Positions 1 through 15,210 of a stretch of DNA of 64,000 nt are shown piece after piece. The notes beneath the pieces are model-generated. The model searched no databases and was not told the origin of the DNA. It saw only the letters and a program-made list of their open reading frames with translations. The stretch's first letter is position 1. Each line of letters opens with the position of its first letter. The position numbers and the translations under genes were made by a program. The DNA comes from Eledone cirrhosa (Eukaryota), in NCBI GenBank assembly GCA_964016885.1, contig OZ024742.1, positions 39,370,001 through 39,434,000 of the forward strand, written 5' to 3'.

Positions 1-54
1 GTATCCCAACAATTTAAATAGAACTTTTGCATATATATATATATATATATATAT

Positions 55-250
55 AGGAAAGAGTTAGGACCGCGGCGGCAGAGCTCAAGCCGTTTCGACA
101 GCTATTTCTGGACAAGAAATAGCCGTCGAAACGGCTTGAGCTCTGCCGTCGGGGTCCTGACTATTTTCCTACTACCCACTCTACTACTCAAAGTATCGAG
201 TACTCTGGTGCGTTATGGTCCACCTGGTTCCTTACCACACTTCCTTCGTT
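55..250 (+). mobile_element. (TA)n-embedded family A element with inverted 5' duplication and 3' half of a hammerhead
   Basis: Inverted arms ~54-109 and 115-171, then a ~80 bp tail ending CCTTCGTT-(TA)n. Contains GAAACGGCTTGAGCTCTGCCGTC-GGGG (GAAA, helix III, GUC). Six more copies in the window. Confidence 0.8.
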
Positions 251-272
251 ATATATATATATATATATGTGA

Positions 273-347
<75 letters not shown>

Positions 348-711
348 CGTGCGTGTGCGTGCGTGTATGTGTGTCTATGTACGTTAATTGTTTTGTTTAT
401 TGTATTTAATTAATAAATTGTGTTCTAACTAATTATGATAATATTAACTGTCATACATAAAATAGCGCTAAGTTTCAAATTTTACAAGATATCGTGTAAC
501 AGTTCAACCATTTCTCCGCCGCAAGCTCGAGAAGTATTCGATATTTTTCCTTAGTGAAGGTGCGTGACTTAGCAGTTAGAATATTGGTTTGCTGGTTCTG
601 AAATAGTGAGTACGATGCATTATGTACTTGTACATGGCACTTTATTTCAATAAAATTCTTCAGTCCACTCACTTGGAAAAAAATAAGTTGTGCCGGTAAT
701 TCATTGTGTCG

Positions 712-1038
712 GGTGCGTGACGTAGTGCCTAGGGTGTTTGGCTAACGATTACATTGTTGTGAGTTCGATTTCTAGACCAGGCCGCACATTGTGTCCTTGA
801 GCGAGGCACTTTATTTCACGTTGCTTCAGTCCAGACTTAGCTGGAAAAATGAGTTGTTCCTCTAATTCAAAGGGCCTGCCTTGTACTACACATTGTCACG
901 TTGAATCACCCTGAGAATTACGTTAAGGTTACACTTGTCAGTGGAATACTTAAGAGTTTGCACGCTTATTTCCCGCGCAGGTTATTCTTTTATTCGATCA
1001 ACTAGAACATTTGTCGTCGTAAACGACGGAGATCCATT
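712..1038 (+). mobile_element. tRNA-derived SINE, family S2
   Basis: tRNA-like head (GACGTAGTG...GAGTTCGATT), core GTGTCCTTGAGCGAGGCACTTTATTTCACGTTGC, tail GAATCACCCTGAGAATTACG...GTCGTCGTAAACGACGG. Related pieces at ~1850-2015, 16085-16215(-), 16905-17190, 20330-20475(-), 29295-29620, 31830-32035, 39740-39890(-), 47190-47480, 57480-57765. Confidence 0.75.
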
Positions 1039-1737
1039 ATAAACAGTCATACAGCACCGAATTTGAAACTTTAGAAAATATTTTGTAGCGGTTCATCTAT
1101 TCCTCCGGTCCATTTAATGGCTACACTGCAACCGACTGTGGAAACTAGGTCTTAACATTTGTTCCCAGCCTCGGGACCTTACTTGGGATACTCTCAAACA
1201 CTGGTAATAATTTAAACAGCTGCCGTGATTACTGCGTTATTTGCTTAAGCGTGTATGACAGCCTGTATGTGTGTAGAAAAGAAAGATATGAACAGACCTT
1301 TCCTTTTGGTTAACTTCTGGAAATGCATAAGGTTTCGGTGCATTAATATATCTTTTGTCGCATCACCAGTATGAGGAGCAGATCGATACTGGAGTCGGGT
1401 CCATAATTCCTATGGGTCACCTTGAGCCAATCCTCTGCAAAACGCGCGTAACAGGTCGATATACAATAAATATTTTTCATATATAAACGAAAGTTCCTCG
1501 TTTTTACAATTATGTATATATATATATAATTGGTGTTGGATGCTTAAAGCGTCCGTATGCGGTAGGCCGTTTGAGCACTCGATGCTCTCATAGAGCAGAG
1601 TATGATATGGTATCACAGAAAAAAAGAGAATCAGTGTTGTGACGAATGGAATTTATTGGACATATTACAATCTGTAATATGTTCAATAAATTCCATTCGT
1701 CTCAACACTGATTCTCTTTTTTTCTGTGAAATATATT

Positions 1738-1841
<104 letters not shown>

Positions 1842-2354
1842 GCTCTTTGTTGCTTGACCACTGAAGGTTCCAGCAACGAGTTTCCCAGTTATTTGAACAA
1901 TGTTACAACCCCCATGTATGTATAGATTACTCACACATTTCCATGTTAATTTCACGGACAGGCTGTTCCATTTTTCGAACAACTAGAATACTCATCATGA
2001 AAACTGACGGAGGTCCAACGCCCTTTCTTCTACAAAAAGGAATTACTTTACTTGCATAGAAATTGCCATCGTTGCATATTAATTGAACATAGAATTCTTT
2101 CTAATAACCAGAACTAGCGACAAGCTACGTTTGTAGTAGAATCTGCCAACAAAGTTATTTCGAATTGAACAAGAATTACTTCTGTCTTTTCTATTCTTCT
2201 TGAAGTTTCCTCAATGTCATTCCATCGCAAATCACCCCCCCCCCCGCGCCTTCCCAAAAGAACCTAACATTTTCTGGTGTTGACAGCTCTCTACTATTTT
2301 TCAACCTGTATCCCACCCAGATATCCCACATAGTTTTAATGCCTTTCTGAGAAA

Positions 2355-4259
2355 TCAACATCAAATACAACATTCACAACACAAACAACAGCACATAAAA
2401 CAAACAGCTCAAACAACACCAACAACACCACACAACACAAAGAAACATCCAAAACACCACACTACACCAACAACACCAACAACACCACACAACACCACAC
2501 AACTCAAACAACACCAACAATACCACACAACACCACACAACACCAACAACACCAACAACACCAACAATACCAACAACACCACACAACACCACACAACACC
2601 ACACAACACCACGCAACACCAACAACACCACGCAACACCAACAACACCAACAACACCACACAACACCACACAACACCACACAACACCACACAACACCACG
2701 CAACACCAACAACACCAACAATACCACACAACACCACACTACACTAACAACACCACACAACACCACACTACACCAACAACACCACACGACACCAACAACA
2801 CCACGCAACACCAACAACACCACACAACACCACACAACACCAACAACACCAACAACCCCACACGACACCACACAACTCAAACAACACCAACAACACCACA
2901 CAACACCACACAATACCACACAACACCACACAACACCAACAACACCAACAACACCACACGACACCACACAACTCAAACAACACAAACACCACCACACAAC
3001 ACCACACAACACCAACAACACCACACAACGCCAACAACACCAACAACACCACACAATACCACACACCTCAAACAACACCACACAACACCACACAACACCA
3101 ACAACACCACACGACACCACACAACTCAAACAACACCAACACCACCACACACCACCACACAACACCACACAACACCAACAACACCAACAACACTACACAA
3201 TACCACACAACTCAAACAACACCAACAACACCACGCAACTCAAACAACACCAACAACACCAACAACACCACACGACACCAAACAACACCAACAACACCAC
3301 ACGACACCACACAACTCAAACAACACTAACACCACCACACAACACCACACAACACCACACAACACCAACAACACCACACAAAACCAACAGCACCAACAAC
3401 ACCACACAACTCAAACAACACCAACACCACCACACAAAACCAACAACACCAACAACACCACACAAAACCAATAACACCAACAACACCACACGACACCACA
3501 CAACTCAAACAACACCAACAACACCACACAACACCAACAACACCAACAACACCACACAACACCAACAACACCACACGACACCACACAACTCAAACAATAC
3601 CAACAACACCACACAACACCGACAACACCAACAACACCACACAACACCAACAACACTACACGACACCACACAACTCAAACAACACCAACAACACCAACAA
3701 CACCACACAACTCAAACAACACCAACAACACCAACAACACCACACGACACCAAACAACACCAACAACAGCAACAACACCACACGACACCACACAACTCAA
3801 ACAACACCAACAACACCACACAACACTACACAACACCAACAACACCACACAACTCAAACAACACCAACACCACACAACACCACACAACACCAACAACACC
3901 AACAACACCGCACAACACCACACAACTCAAACAACATCAACAACACCACACAGCACCACACAACTCAAACAACACCAACAACACCACACGGCACCACACA
4001 ACTCAAACAACACCAACAACACCAACACCAACAACACCAACACCACCACACAACACCACACAACTCAAACAACACCAACACCACACAACACCACACAACA
4101 CCAACAACACCAACAACACCGCACAACACCACACAACTCAAACAACACCAACAACACCACACAACACCATACAACACCAACAACACCACACGACACCATA
4201 CAACACCAACAACACCACACAACACCATACAACACCAACAACACCACACGACACCACAC
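2355..4259. repeat. Complex (CAACAC/CACAA)n satellite-like simple repeat
   Basis: ~1.9 kb of CAACACCACA / CAACACCAA / AACTCAAA modules. The minus-strand V/C/W/G ORFs are artefacts of it. Confidence 0.95.
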
Positions 4260-4578
4260 TGCTCCCTCACCAGTACATTTGCTAAAAGGTGGGTGAATGT
4301 AGCGAGAATGGCCCGTGTGAATAAGCCTACTCTGAGTGCCCTCGGGGTGTCGAGTGGTTCAGGATTGGTGGGGGTACCTGAGTCGTCCCTGGGTAGTTTA
4401 CCCTCCACTATTGCGGAATTTATTTTGTTATATATTTTATATTTTATATTTTTTTCATTGATAATTGTTTTCGTTTTTGTGTATTTTTACTCAATTTTAT
4501 TGTCACCCCGCCCCTGCACTGTACCTGTCTTCGTATTGTCGCCTATATGTCGGCCCTTGTGGCCAATAAGTGAAATCA
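4260..4578 (+). mobile_element. 5'-truncated Tx1/L1-like LINE 3' end
   Basis: AAAGGTGGGTGAATGTAGCGAGAATGGCCCGTGTGAAT (RWVNVARMARVN) and 3' GCCCTTGTGGCCAATAA match the copies at 48755-49335 and 49375-49760. Confidence 0.7.
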
Positions 4579-4595
4579 TTATTAGTGTTGAAACA

Positions 4596-4816
4596 GGGCG
4601 GTGGATTGGCAGTATCGGTAGAGGGTCGGACGCCATGCTTTGCAGCACAGAGTTACGTCCCTTTATGATCTGAGTTCAAATCCCGCCGAGGTTAACTTTG
4701 CCTTTCATCCTTACGGGGTCGATAAAGTAAAGTACCAGTCACACACTGGGTCGATTTAATCGACTTTCCCCTCCCCCAAATTTGCTGACCTTGTGTCTAA
4801 ATAAGAAACCATTATA
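4596..4816 (+). mobile_element. Full-length tRNA-derived SINE, family S1
   Basis: A-box-like GGATTGGCAGTATCGG, B box GAGTTCAAATCC, central CTTTGCCTTTCATCCTTACGGGGTCGATAAA, tail AGAAACCATTAT. 12-bp TSD AGTGTTGAAACA (4584-4595 / 4817-4828). Confidence 0.9.
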
Positions 4817-6140
4817 AGTGTTGAAACAAAAACATATCCAGCAATATATAGTAAGACAGATCCATTCTCCGCTCAATGATTCACTTCTGTGTCATTCCTG
4901 TTGGAAATTCACTATTTTTGCTATACAATACCTAAACATAGTAGCGAAGAACAAATCAATGACTATTTTTGTGCCTAAGAAATCTTCTCACTGTCCGTTA
5001 GATCTTTAATTCTCATCCATCGATTTCTCATGGGCCCCCTCATGAACCTAACTTTTCTTTTCAGCTCTTCCCTTTTTTCCATCTCTCTCATAGCTGCTGT
5101 TAGTTGCAGCTGTAAATAAAAATTTAATTGTCTTTAGTAGCTTACAAAAGCGACTATTTCTCTGCAATGAAACTGCAATCAAAATTCTATGAGGTCATAA
5201 ATATGTATAAGCTATAAATACTGCGTAAAATTAACTTCAATAATGTATACTTTATTGGCAAATTTTAATTATTTTCAAGATTGTATTTGCCAAAAAAAAA
5301 AAAAAAAATTGTCATAATAATAATATTAATATTAATAATAATGATAATAATATTTCTAACACAAAAAGTGTTCTAATGATTGGCACTTTATTCAGTATGA
5401 GTTTCATAGCTGATGCCAACTTTTTGGGTCTTCCAATATTTGGCTGCAATGTTTTTAGTGACAAACAAAGATCACCTCTCCTTATACTATGAAGTTGTAT
5501 GGTACACAATAACATACAAGTTGGATATTATACAATAACATATAACTATTGTAATAACATAACTATTGTAATATTCAATATTTATTCTTCCGAAATTAGC
5601 ATAATGGATGAAATTTTGAAGATTATGCCAAAAATTGCGGCGCGGCTGACTGAGTCGTTAGAGCATCGGACCAAATGACTTGGTATATTTTCCGGCTCTC
5701 TGCACTCCAAGTTCAAATCCTGCTGAAGTCAACTTTGCCTCTGGAGTGTTTGGCATCTATAAATAAAGTACCAGTCAAGAGCAATTATTAAAGAGTTGGA
5801 CGGAATACTTTGCGGTATCTGAATCCCACCTCTTTCTGCCAGCAGTTGCAGCCTGAAGATAGTATAAACAAAAGAAAGACCAATGGAAAGACATAGTTTC
5901 CTTAGTTCGATTTGTTGATTAGCTCCTTTCTTTTTATATCAAAATAATCGCACGTCTGACAGGTTAATTCCTCTGTGATAAATTATATGAGCTTCAAACG
6001 TTATTTTTTTTTCTCAAATAACTCCTAAAATTGCGACTGAGAAAGTTATATTTTTTCATATTTTAGGAATATGAGAAATCAATAAAGGCAATACAATTGG
6101 AGATGTTTCATCGGTCTCCGAACTGCTACCGTTTTTCTCC

Positions 6141-6206
6141 GATTACTTGGACCAGGGCATCAGGCTTGACAAAGATTACTTGGACCAGGGCATCAGGCTT
6201 GACAAA
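6141..6206. repeat. Perfect 33-bp tandem duplication
   Basis: GATTACTTGGACCAGGGCATCAGGCTTGACAAA twice. Confidence 0.9.
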
Positions 6207-6361
6207 TCCCGAAGAGTGAATTGACTAATGCAGCGAGTATGATTGTAGAGTTTGACATCTCCTCATGTCTCCTTTTTTTAAATGTTTCTGACTGTTCCCC
6301 CGCCTCTCTCTACATTATGGGTACAAGTGCCTGTGGAATGCCGTCGGAGTGCTAGTTTTAA

Positions 6362-7135
6362 ATATGTATGTGTGTATGTATTATGCTTGCATGTATGTAT
6401 GTATGTTTGCATGTATGTATGTGTGCATGTATGTATGTATTATGTATGTATGCATTTATGTATGTATGTATGCATGTATGTATGCATGCATGTATGTATG
6501 CATGTATGTATGTATCTAGGTATGTATGTATGCATGCATGTATGTATGTATCTAGGTATGTATGTATGCATGTTTGTATGTATGTATGCATGCATGTAAA
6601 TATGTATGTATGTATGCATGCATGTAAATATGTATGTATGCATGTATTATGTATCTATGTATGTATGTATGTATGTATGCATGTATATATGTATGTATGT
6701 ATGTGTGCGTGTATGTATATATGTATGTATGTGTGCATGTATGTATGTATGTATGTATGTATGCATGTATGTATGTATAAATGTATGCATGTATATATGT
6801 ATGTATGCATGTATGTATATATGTATGTATGCATGTATGTATATATGTATGTATGTGTGCATGTATGTATGTATGTATGTATGTATGCATGCATGTATGT
6901 ATGTATAAATGTATGCATGTATATATGTATGTATGCATGTATGTATATATGTATGCATGCATGTACGTATGTATGTATGCATGTATGCATGTATGTATAT
7001 GCATGTATGTATGCATGTATGTATGTATGTGTACATGTATGTATACATGTATGTATGTATGTATCTATGCATGTATGTCCGTTTGAATGTAATCATGTAT
7101 GTACATACGTACGTAAGTGTTTATGTATGTGCACA
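6362..7135. repeat. (TATG/CATG)n microsatellite
   Basis: Directly visible. Confidence 0.95.
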
Positions 7136-7318
7136 CATCTGTTTAACATTTTATTAATATGGCATGACAACTTCCCCACAAATAATTCCAGTCAGGCTCA
7201 CACTGAATCTCGTTACAGCTTCTGGTAATATAAAACGTGGCAAGATTATCCATTAGCAATCTACTTCAAATGTATTGGTCGCATCTATTTTGGTTTAATC
7301 CACCATCATTATCATGTA

Positions 7319-7505
7319 GGGCGGTGAATTGGCAGTATTTGTAGAGGGTCAGCCGCCATGCTTTCCACCGTAGTTACGTCCCTTTACGATCTAAATTCAA
7401 ATCCCGCCGGGGTTAACTTTGCCTTTCATCCTTACGGGCTCGATAAAATAAAGTACCAGTAATACACTGGTTAATTGCTGGCCTTGTGCCAAAAGTAGAA
7501 ACAAT
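7319..7505 (+). mobile_element. SINE S1 copy
   Basis: Same head, core and tail as 4596-4816. ATTATCATGT duplicated on both flanks. Confidence 0.85.
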
Positions 7506-7670
7506 TATCATGTTGCCGTAACTAGCGCAGCCTGTCGTTGGGGTGCCACTCTATGTATGAGGGAGATTTTGTTACAGTCAGCAGTCGCTACTGGCTTGGC
7601 TTCCGTCATGCGCAAAAAAGGGTTGTGGTTTTTGTGACCTGTCCAATTCTTGATTGTTGGAGCAGATGTA

Positions 7671-10600
7671 TCCTCCTCTTCCTCCTCCTCCTCATCATCA
7701 TCATCATCGTCGTCGTCATCATTGTCATCATCATCATCATCATCATCGTCATCGTCATCATCATCATCACCACCACCATCATCATCACCACCACCACCAC
7801 CATCATCACCACCACCACCATCACCACCACCATCATCATCACCACCACCATCATCATAATCACCATCATCACCACCACCATCATCACCACCACCACCACC
7901 ACCATCATCACCACCACCACCATCACCACCACCATAATCATCACCACCACCATCATCGTCATCACCACCACTATCATCACCACCATCATCATCGTCATCA
8001 CCACCACCACCATCATCACCACCACCATCATCATCACCACCACCACCACCACCACCACCACCACCATCACCACCATCATCATCGTCATCATCATCATCAT
8101 CACAACCACCATCATCATAATCACCATCATCACCACCACCACCACCACCTCCACCACCACCACCACCACCATCATCACCACCACCATCATCATCACCATC
8201 ACCACGATCATCACCACCACCACCACCACCACCACCATCACCACCATCATCATCACCACCACCATCATCATCATCACCATCACCACCATCACCACCACCA
8301 CCACCATCATCACCACCACCATCACCATCACCACCATCATCACCACCACCACCACCTCCACCACCACCACCACCACCATCACCACCATCATCACCACCAC
8401 CACCTCCACCACCACCATCACCACCACCATCACCACCATCATCACCACCACCACCACCTCCACCACCACCACCACCACCATCACCACCATCATCACCACC
8501 TCCACCACCACCTCCACCACCACCACCACCACCACCACCACCACCACCACCACCACCACCACCACCACCACCACCACCACCACCACCATCACCACCACCA
8601 CCACCTCCACCACCACCACCACCACCATCACCACCATCATCATCACCTCCACCACCACCACCACCACCATCACCATCACCACCATCATCATCACCACCAT
8701 CATCATCACCATCACCACCATCATCATCAACACCACCACCACCTCCACCACCACCACGACCACCATCACCACCATCATCATCACCTCCACCACCACCACC
8801 ACCACCACCACCACCACCATCACCACCATCATCATCACCATCACCACCATCATCACCACCACCACCACCTACCACCACCACCACCACCACCACCATCATC
8901 ACCACCACCACCATCACCACCATCATCATCACCTCCACCATCACCACCACCACCACCACCACCACCACCACCACCACCACCACCACAATCACCACCATCA
9001 TCATCACCTCCACCACCACCACCACCACCACCACCACCACCATCACCACCATCATCATCACCTCCACCACCACCACCACCACCACCACCACCACCATCAC
9101 CACCATCATCACCATCACCACCATCATCACCACCACCACCACCACCACCACCACCACCACCACCACCACCATCACCACCATCATCACCACCACATCCACC
9201 ACCACCACCACCATCACCACCATCATCATCACCTCCACCACCACCACCACCACCACCACCACCACCATCACCACCATCATCACCATCACCACCATCATCA
9301 CCACCACCACCACCACCACCACCACCACCACCACCACCACCACCACCACCACCACCATAACCACCATCACCACCACATCCACCACCACCATCACCACCAC
9401 CACCACCACCACCACCACCACCACCACCACCACCACCACCACCACCTACCACCACCACCATCATCATCACCACCACATCCACCACCACCACCACCACCAC
9501 CACCACCACCACATCCACCACCACCACCACCACCACCACCACCACCACCACCTACCACCACCACCATCATCATCACCACCACATCCACCACCACCACCAC
9601 CACCACCATCACCTCCACCATCACCATCACCACCACCTACCACCACCACCATCATCACCACCACCACTACCGTCACCACCACCACCACCATCACCTCCAC
9701 CATCACCATCACCACCACATCCACCACCACCACCACCACCACCACCACCTACCACCACCACCATCACCATCACCACCACATCCACCACCACCACCACCAC
9801 CACCTACCACCACCACCACCACCACATCCACCACCACCACCACCACCACCACCACCACCACCACCACCACCACCACCACCACCATCACCACCATCACCAC
9901 CACATCCACCACCACCACCACCACCATCACCACCACATCCACCACCACCACCACCACCACCACCACCACCACCACCACCACCACCATCACCACCACCACC
10001 ACCACCACCACCACCTACCACCACCACCATCATCACCACCACCACATCCACCACCACCACCATCACCTCCACCATCACCATCACCACCACATCCACCACC
10101 ACCACCACCACCACCACCACCACCTACCACCACCACCATCATCATCACCACCACATCCACCACCACCACCATCATCACCACCACCTACCACCACCACCAC
10201 CACCATCACCTCCACCACCACCACCACCACCACCACCACCACCACCACCACCACCACCACCACCACCACCACCACCTCCATCATCACCACCACATCCACC
10301 ACCACCACCACCACCACCACCATCACCACCACATCCACCACCACCACCACCACCACCACCACCACCACCACCACCATCACATCCACCACCACCACCACCA
10401 CCATCATCACCACCACCACATCCACCACCACCACCATCACCTCCACCATCACCATCACCACCACATCCACCACCACCACCACCACCACCACCACCACCTA
10501 CCACCACCACCATCATCATCACCACCACATCCACCACCACCACCATCATCACCACCACCTACCACCACCACCACCACCATCACCTCCACCACCACCACCA

Positions 10601-11546
10601 CCACCACCACCACCACCACCACCACCACCACCACCACCACCACCACCACCACCTCCATCATCACCACCACATCCACCACCACCACCACCACCACCACCAT
10701 CACCACCACATCCACCACCACCACCACCACCACCACCACCACCACCACATCCACCACCACCACCACCACCACCACCACCACCTACCACCACCACCACCAC
10801 CACCACCACCACCACCACCACCACCACCACCACCTCCATCATCACCACCACATCCACCACCACCACCACCACCACCATCACCACCACATCCACCACCACC
10901 ACCACCACCACCACCACCACCACATCCACCACCACCACCACCACCACCACCACCACCTACCACCACCACCACCACCACCACCACCACCACCACCACCACC
11001 ACCACCACCACCACCTCCATCATCACCACCACATCCACCACCACCACCACCACCACCACCATCACCACCACGTCCACCACCACCACCACCACCACCACCA
11101 CCACATCCACCACCACCACCACCACCACCACCACCTACCACCACCTCCACCACCACATCCACCACCACCACCACCACCACCACCACCACCACATCCACCA
11201 CCACCACCACCACCACCACCACCACCACCACCACCACCACCACCTACCACCACCACCACCACATCCACCACCACCACCACCACCACCACCACCACCACCA
11301 CCACCACCACCATCACCACCATCACCACCACATCCACCACCACCACCACCACCATCACCACCACATCCACCACCACCACCACCACCACCACCACCACCAC
11401 CACCACCATCACCACCACCACCACCACCACCACCACCACCACCACCACCACCACCACCACCACCACCACCACCACCATCACCACCACCACCACCACTACC
11501 ACCACCTACCACCACCACCACCACCACCATCACCACCACCACCATC
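7671..11546. repeat. ~3.9 kb imperfect trinucleotide repeat grading (TCC)n to (CAT)n to (CAC)n
   Basis: Directly visible. CCTA and CACAT interruptions shift the frame, so the poly-T/H/P ORFs are artefacts. Confidence 0.95.
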
Positions 11547-11903
11547 TTCCCATGTAGTCGTTGGTGGCTGGTATTCTGGATGTTTTGTGACAGCCAGTGG
11601 CTGTTTTCGGTGCCACTCAAGACACTGGCTGTCACCAGTTACCAATGCTCTCTCTCTGTCTTCTCTGTCATATAAAGGAAGGTCGTAATGCAGGTCCATG
11701 CACCCCAGAGAATGAGTTTAGACCGGGGGTCGAGGTAGGATATATATCCGTACCAGGGAGCCAGGCGTTGGTTTTTATCAAGTCACCATCAAATCTCGCC
11801 GCCACTAATACTAACATCACTGTGACTGCCACCACCGCAATCATTTCCATCTCTCAGAGGCGACTTTACTACACTTCCTGTCAGCTGGAGAGACTTGCAT
11901 TTG

Positions 11904-11956
<53 letters not shown>

Positions 11957-12112
11957 CATACATGTGTGTGTGTGTATAAATATACATATATATATATATG
12001 TATGTATATATATATATGTGTATGTATGTATATATGTATATATATGTGTGTGTGCGTGTATGTGTATATATAAATATACATATATATGTATGTATGTATG
12101 TATATATGTATG

Positions 12113-12167
<55 letters not shown>

Positions 12168-12178
12168 GTATATATATG

Positions 12179-12220
<42 letters not shown>

Positions 12221-12324
12221 TATAATTCTGCTGACAGTCTTACACTTCGAAACAGAAGGTCTACAAACAAGATTAGAGAATTACTACGTGTATACACGTG
12301 TACACACATGCATGGATATATATG

Positions 12325-12363
<39 letters not shown>

Positions 12364-12780
12364 CGCGCACATGCGTGTGTGTGAGAGCGCGCGTGTGTGT
12401 GAGAGAGAGAGAGGGTTATAGGAAGCTGGAAGGAAGAGATAGTTGTAACATAGGCAATTGATTTGGTGTTGTCGTTAGAGCGTTGGATATTTGTTCCAGG
12501 TCTCTGTTGTGTTCTGAGTTCAAATCATGCTGAGGTCTAGTTTGCTTTTCAGACCAGCGGTGCAGAGACGCTTTTTCCTTCTAGTCGACACATTCTGGAT
12601 TTTCCACGGGATCAAAGTGTGTCTCAACATCAGCAATAGTGGTAGAAATAGTGAAAGTGTGAAAATTCTTATCACCATCATCGTTGTAGTAATAAAAATT
12701 GTAGCAAGATCTCTTATTTTCAGAAGACAGAAAACTATGCAACAACATACGAGTCACGCAAATGTCTTGTGTTATATATA

Positions 12781-12857
12781 CAGGGTGTCTCCCAAAAATG
12801 TATACACACTTCAACAGTATTCTAATAAAGATTTGTATACATTTTTGGAACACCCTG
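12781..12857. mobile_element. Tc1/mariner-type MITE
   Basis: TIR CAGGGTGT...AAAAATGTATACA / TGTATACATTTTTGG...ACACCCTG with TA on the left flank. Related copy at 55537-55631. Confidence 0.7.
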
Positions 12858-12864
12858 TGTGTGC

Positions 12865-12899
<35 letters not shown>

Positions 12900-12924
12900 T
12901 ATATACACATGATATATATACCCC

Positions 12925-12973
<49 letters not shown>

Positions 12974-13063
12974 CATATGTTGACAGATGTCACAGGAAAT
13001 AGTCCTTCACTATAGGCATGTGTATGTGTGTATTACACACATACATACACAAGAAAAGAATAT

Positions 13064-13143
<80 letters not shown>

Positions 13144-13597
13144 ATAAGAGAGAGACTGTGTGATAGAGAGAAAGTGTGTGTATGTATGTGTGTATATGTG
13201 TTTTTCCCTGAAATGCTTCCATTCGCAGACAACTTTGAAACACAAGACTCATATCGTGAACGGAATCCCTTTGTAAGTCACACCATTGCTACTGCTAGCA
13301 AACTAAATCCCTAACTTTCCTCCTCTTCATCTAAGAGGAAACTCTAATATTCACGGGGCTTTGTATATTACTGTGTCCTCGTTGGCAAAGTTTACTTAAT
13401 GTGATATGTTTGGTACTTAATCTCTCTCTCTCTCCCTCTTTCTCTCTCTCTCCACACACACACACACACATATATGTATATATATACATAATGTATAGAT
13501 GTATACATATATATACACACACATATATATATATGTCCCAAGGCTCTGATACCATGAACACCATAAACACAGAGCTGGCATATCTAAGAACTGACTA

Positions 13598-13653
13598 ACT
13601 GCCTGATGAGGTCATAGCCATTCAATGGCTATCATCGAAATATATATAGCAGT
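13598..13653 (+). ncRNA. Type I hammerhead ribozyme in a (TA)n-flanked element (13535-13698)
   Basis: ACTGC-CTGATGA-GGTCATAGCCA ttcaa TGGCTATCATC-GAAA-TATATA-TA-GCAGT. 5-bp helix I, palindromic helix III, predicted cut after 13648, AATAAA just downstream. Confidence 0.85.
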
Positions 13654-13721
13654 AAATAAAGGATTATGAGTTCATGCAATTGACTTATGTTTCGTCACTA
13701 TATATATATAGATAGATATAT

Positions 13722-13909
13722 ATAATTGTTTCTACTTAAGGCACAAGGCCAGCAATTCCCCAGTGCATTACTGGTACTTTATTTTATCGACCCCGTAAGG
13801 ATGAAAGGCAAAGTCAACCTCGGCGGGATTTGAACTCAGATCGTAAAGGGACGTAACTATGCTGGAAAGCATGACGTCCGACCCTCTACCGATACTGCCA
13901 ATCCACCGA
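13722..13909 (-). mobile_element. SINE S1 copy
   Basis: Reverse complement of the S1 consensus. Confidence 0.85.
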
Positions 13910-13993
13910 TATGTATAATATATATATATATGTTCATAAGTATATGTACATACATATTATAGATATATATAATGTAAATATTCATTATATATA

Positions 13994-14202
<209 letters not shown>

Positions 14203-14380
14203 TTCGTTTTTGAATTTGTTTTGCAATATTTCTTATCTGAAAACGTGTGTTGAAACAGATATTGTTATACTTTGGTGGGTCGTGCTTCCAATAAAAACAC
14301 ACGCACCTGTTGGCTTTCATTTCAATTTATTATAAATTTCCTGTTGGTTGGTTCAATAACCAGATGGTTGTTTATATATT

Positions 14381-14423
14381 GTCAAAGCTCTTTCGTCACA
14401 CATCCTCTGACCTCGTCAGTGAC
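14381..14423 (-). ncRNA. Type I hammerhead ribozyme in an element starting at the (TA)n edge at 14202
   Basis: Minus strand: GTCA-CTGACGA-g-GTCA gaggatgtg TGAC-GAAA-GAGC-TT-TGAC, with one extra G after A9. The element tail 14202-14290 matches 44120-44213 in the opposite orientation. Confidence 0.75.
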
Positions 14424-14635
14424 TGATTTCTTATTGTATGTCTCTTCTTTGTTCTCTCCTACACCAGAATTAGTGCATTGATAAAATGTGACGAAGTGTG
14501 TGTCTTCTAAAGTTACCGCATGAATTTTAGGCGGGATGCAGCATCTAATTATTTAAGAGTTGAACTCCTTATTCTTTGACCAATGTCAAATAGCATCAAG
14601 TGGACAGACAACAAAGAAGACCCTAGTGTCTATCG

Positions 14636-15032
14636 CAGACCTGCCAACCTCTAAAACCCCAAACGGGGAGTACCATGAAAAAAAGTCCCCCAAAACAGGG
14701 AGAAATGAGGCAAAATGTTGAGATCTTACATAATTGTTTCTACGTTAGGCACAAGGCCAGCAAATACCCAGTACATTACAGGTACTTTATTTTATCGACC
14801 TCGTAAGGATGAAAGGCAAAGTTAACCTTGGCGGGATTTGAACTCAGAATGGCAAGGGCCGTAACTCTATACGTCAAAGCATGGCGTCCGACCCTCTACC
14901 AATACTGCCAATCTACCACCATGAGATCTTACATAATGAAAGCTATACTCATTTTCATAAGAGAAGAAATCTCCCTTCCACCCCAAGTGGGTGGAAGATC
15001 TCCGCGTCGGACTGGGAGAGTTGACACGTCTG
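14636..15032. mobile_element. MITE (CAGACCTG..AAC TIR family) containing a nested S1 SINE (14735-14921, minus)
   Basis: TIRs CAGACCTGCCAAC / GTTGACACGTCTG. SINE TSD TGAGATCTTACATAAT (14719-14734 / 14922-14937). Other copies at 18319-18610, 29822-30079, 46802-46976. Confidence 0.8.
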
Positions 15033-15210
15033 CACTAGTGTCTATCGTTGCAGGCAGTTAGCTCATAGATTGTTATGATCCTGGATCACTCCTATTGCCG
15101 TTCTTAACCCGAAAAAACCTGGATGATATTGCGACACGGCGAGTTCTTTCCATGGGATGATAAAAAACTCATGATTAATGAGACAAGTTCACATTATTGA
15201 CATTACATTA

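Noticed and set aside
7508-11635. ORFs of 400-1339 aa
   Set aside because: Translations of (CAC/CAT)n, open in several frames on both strands because the repeat lacks stop codons.
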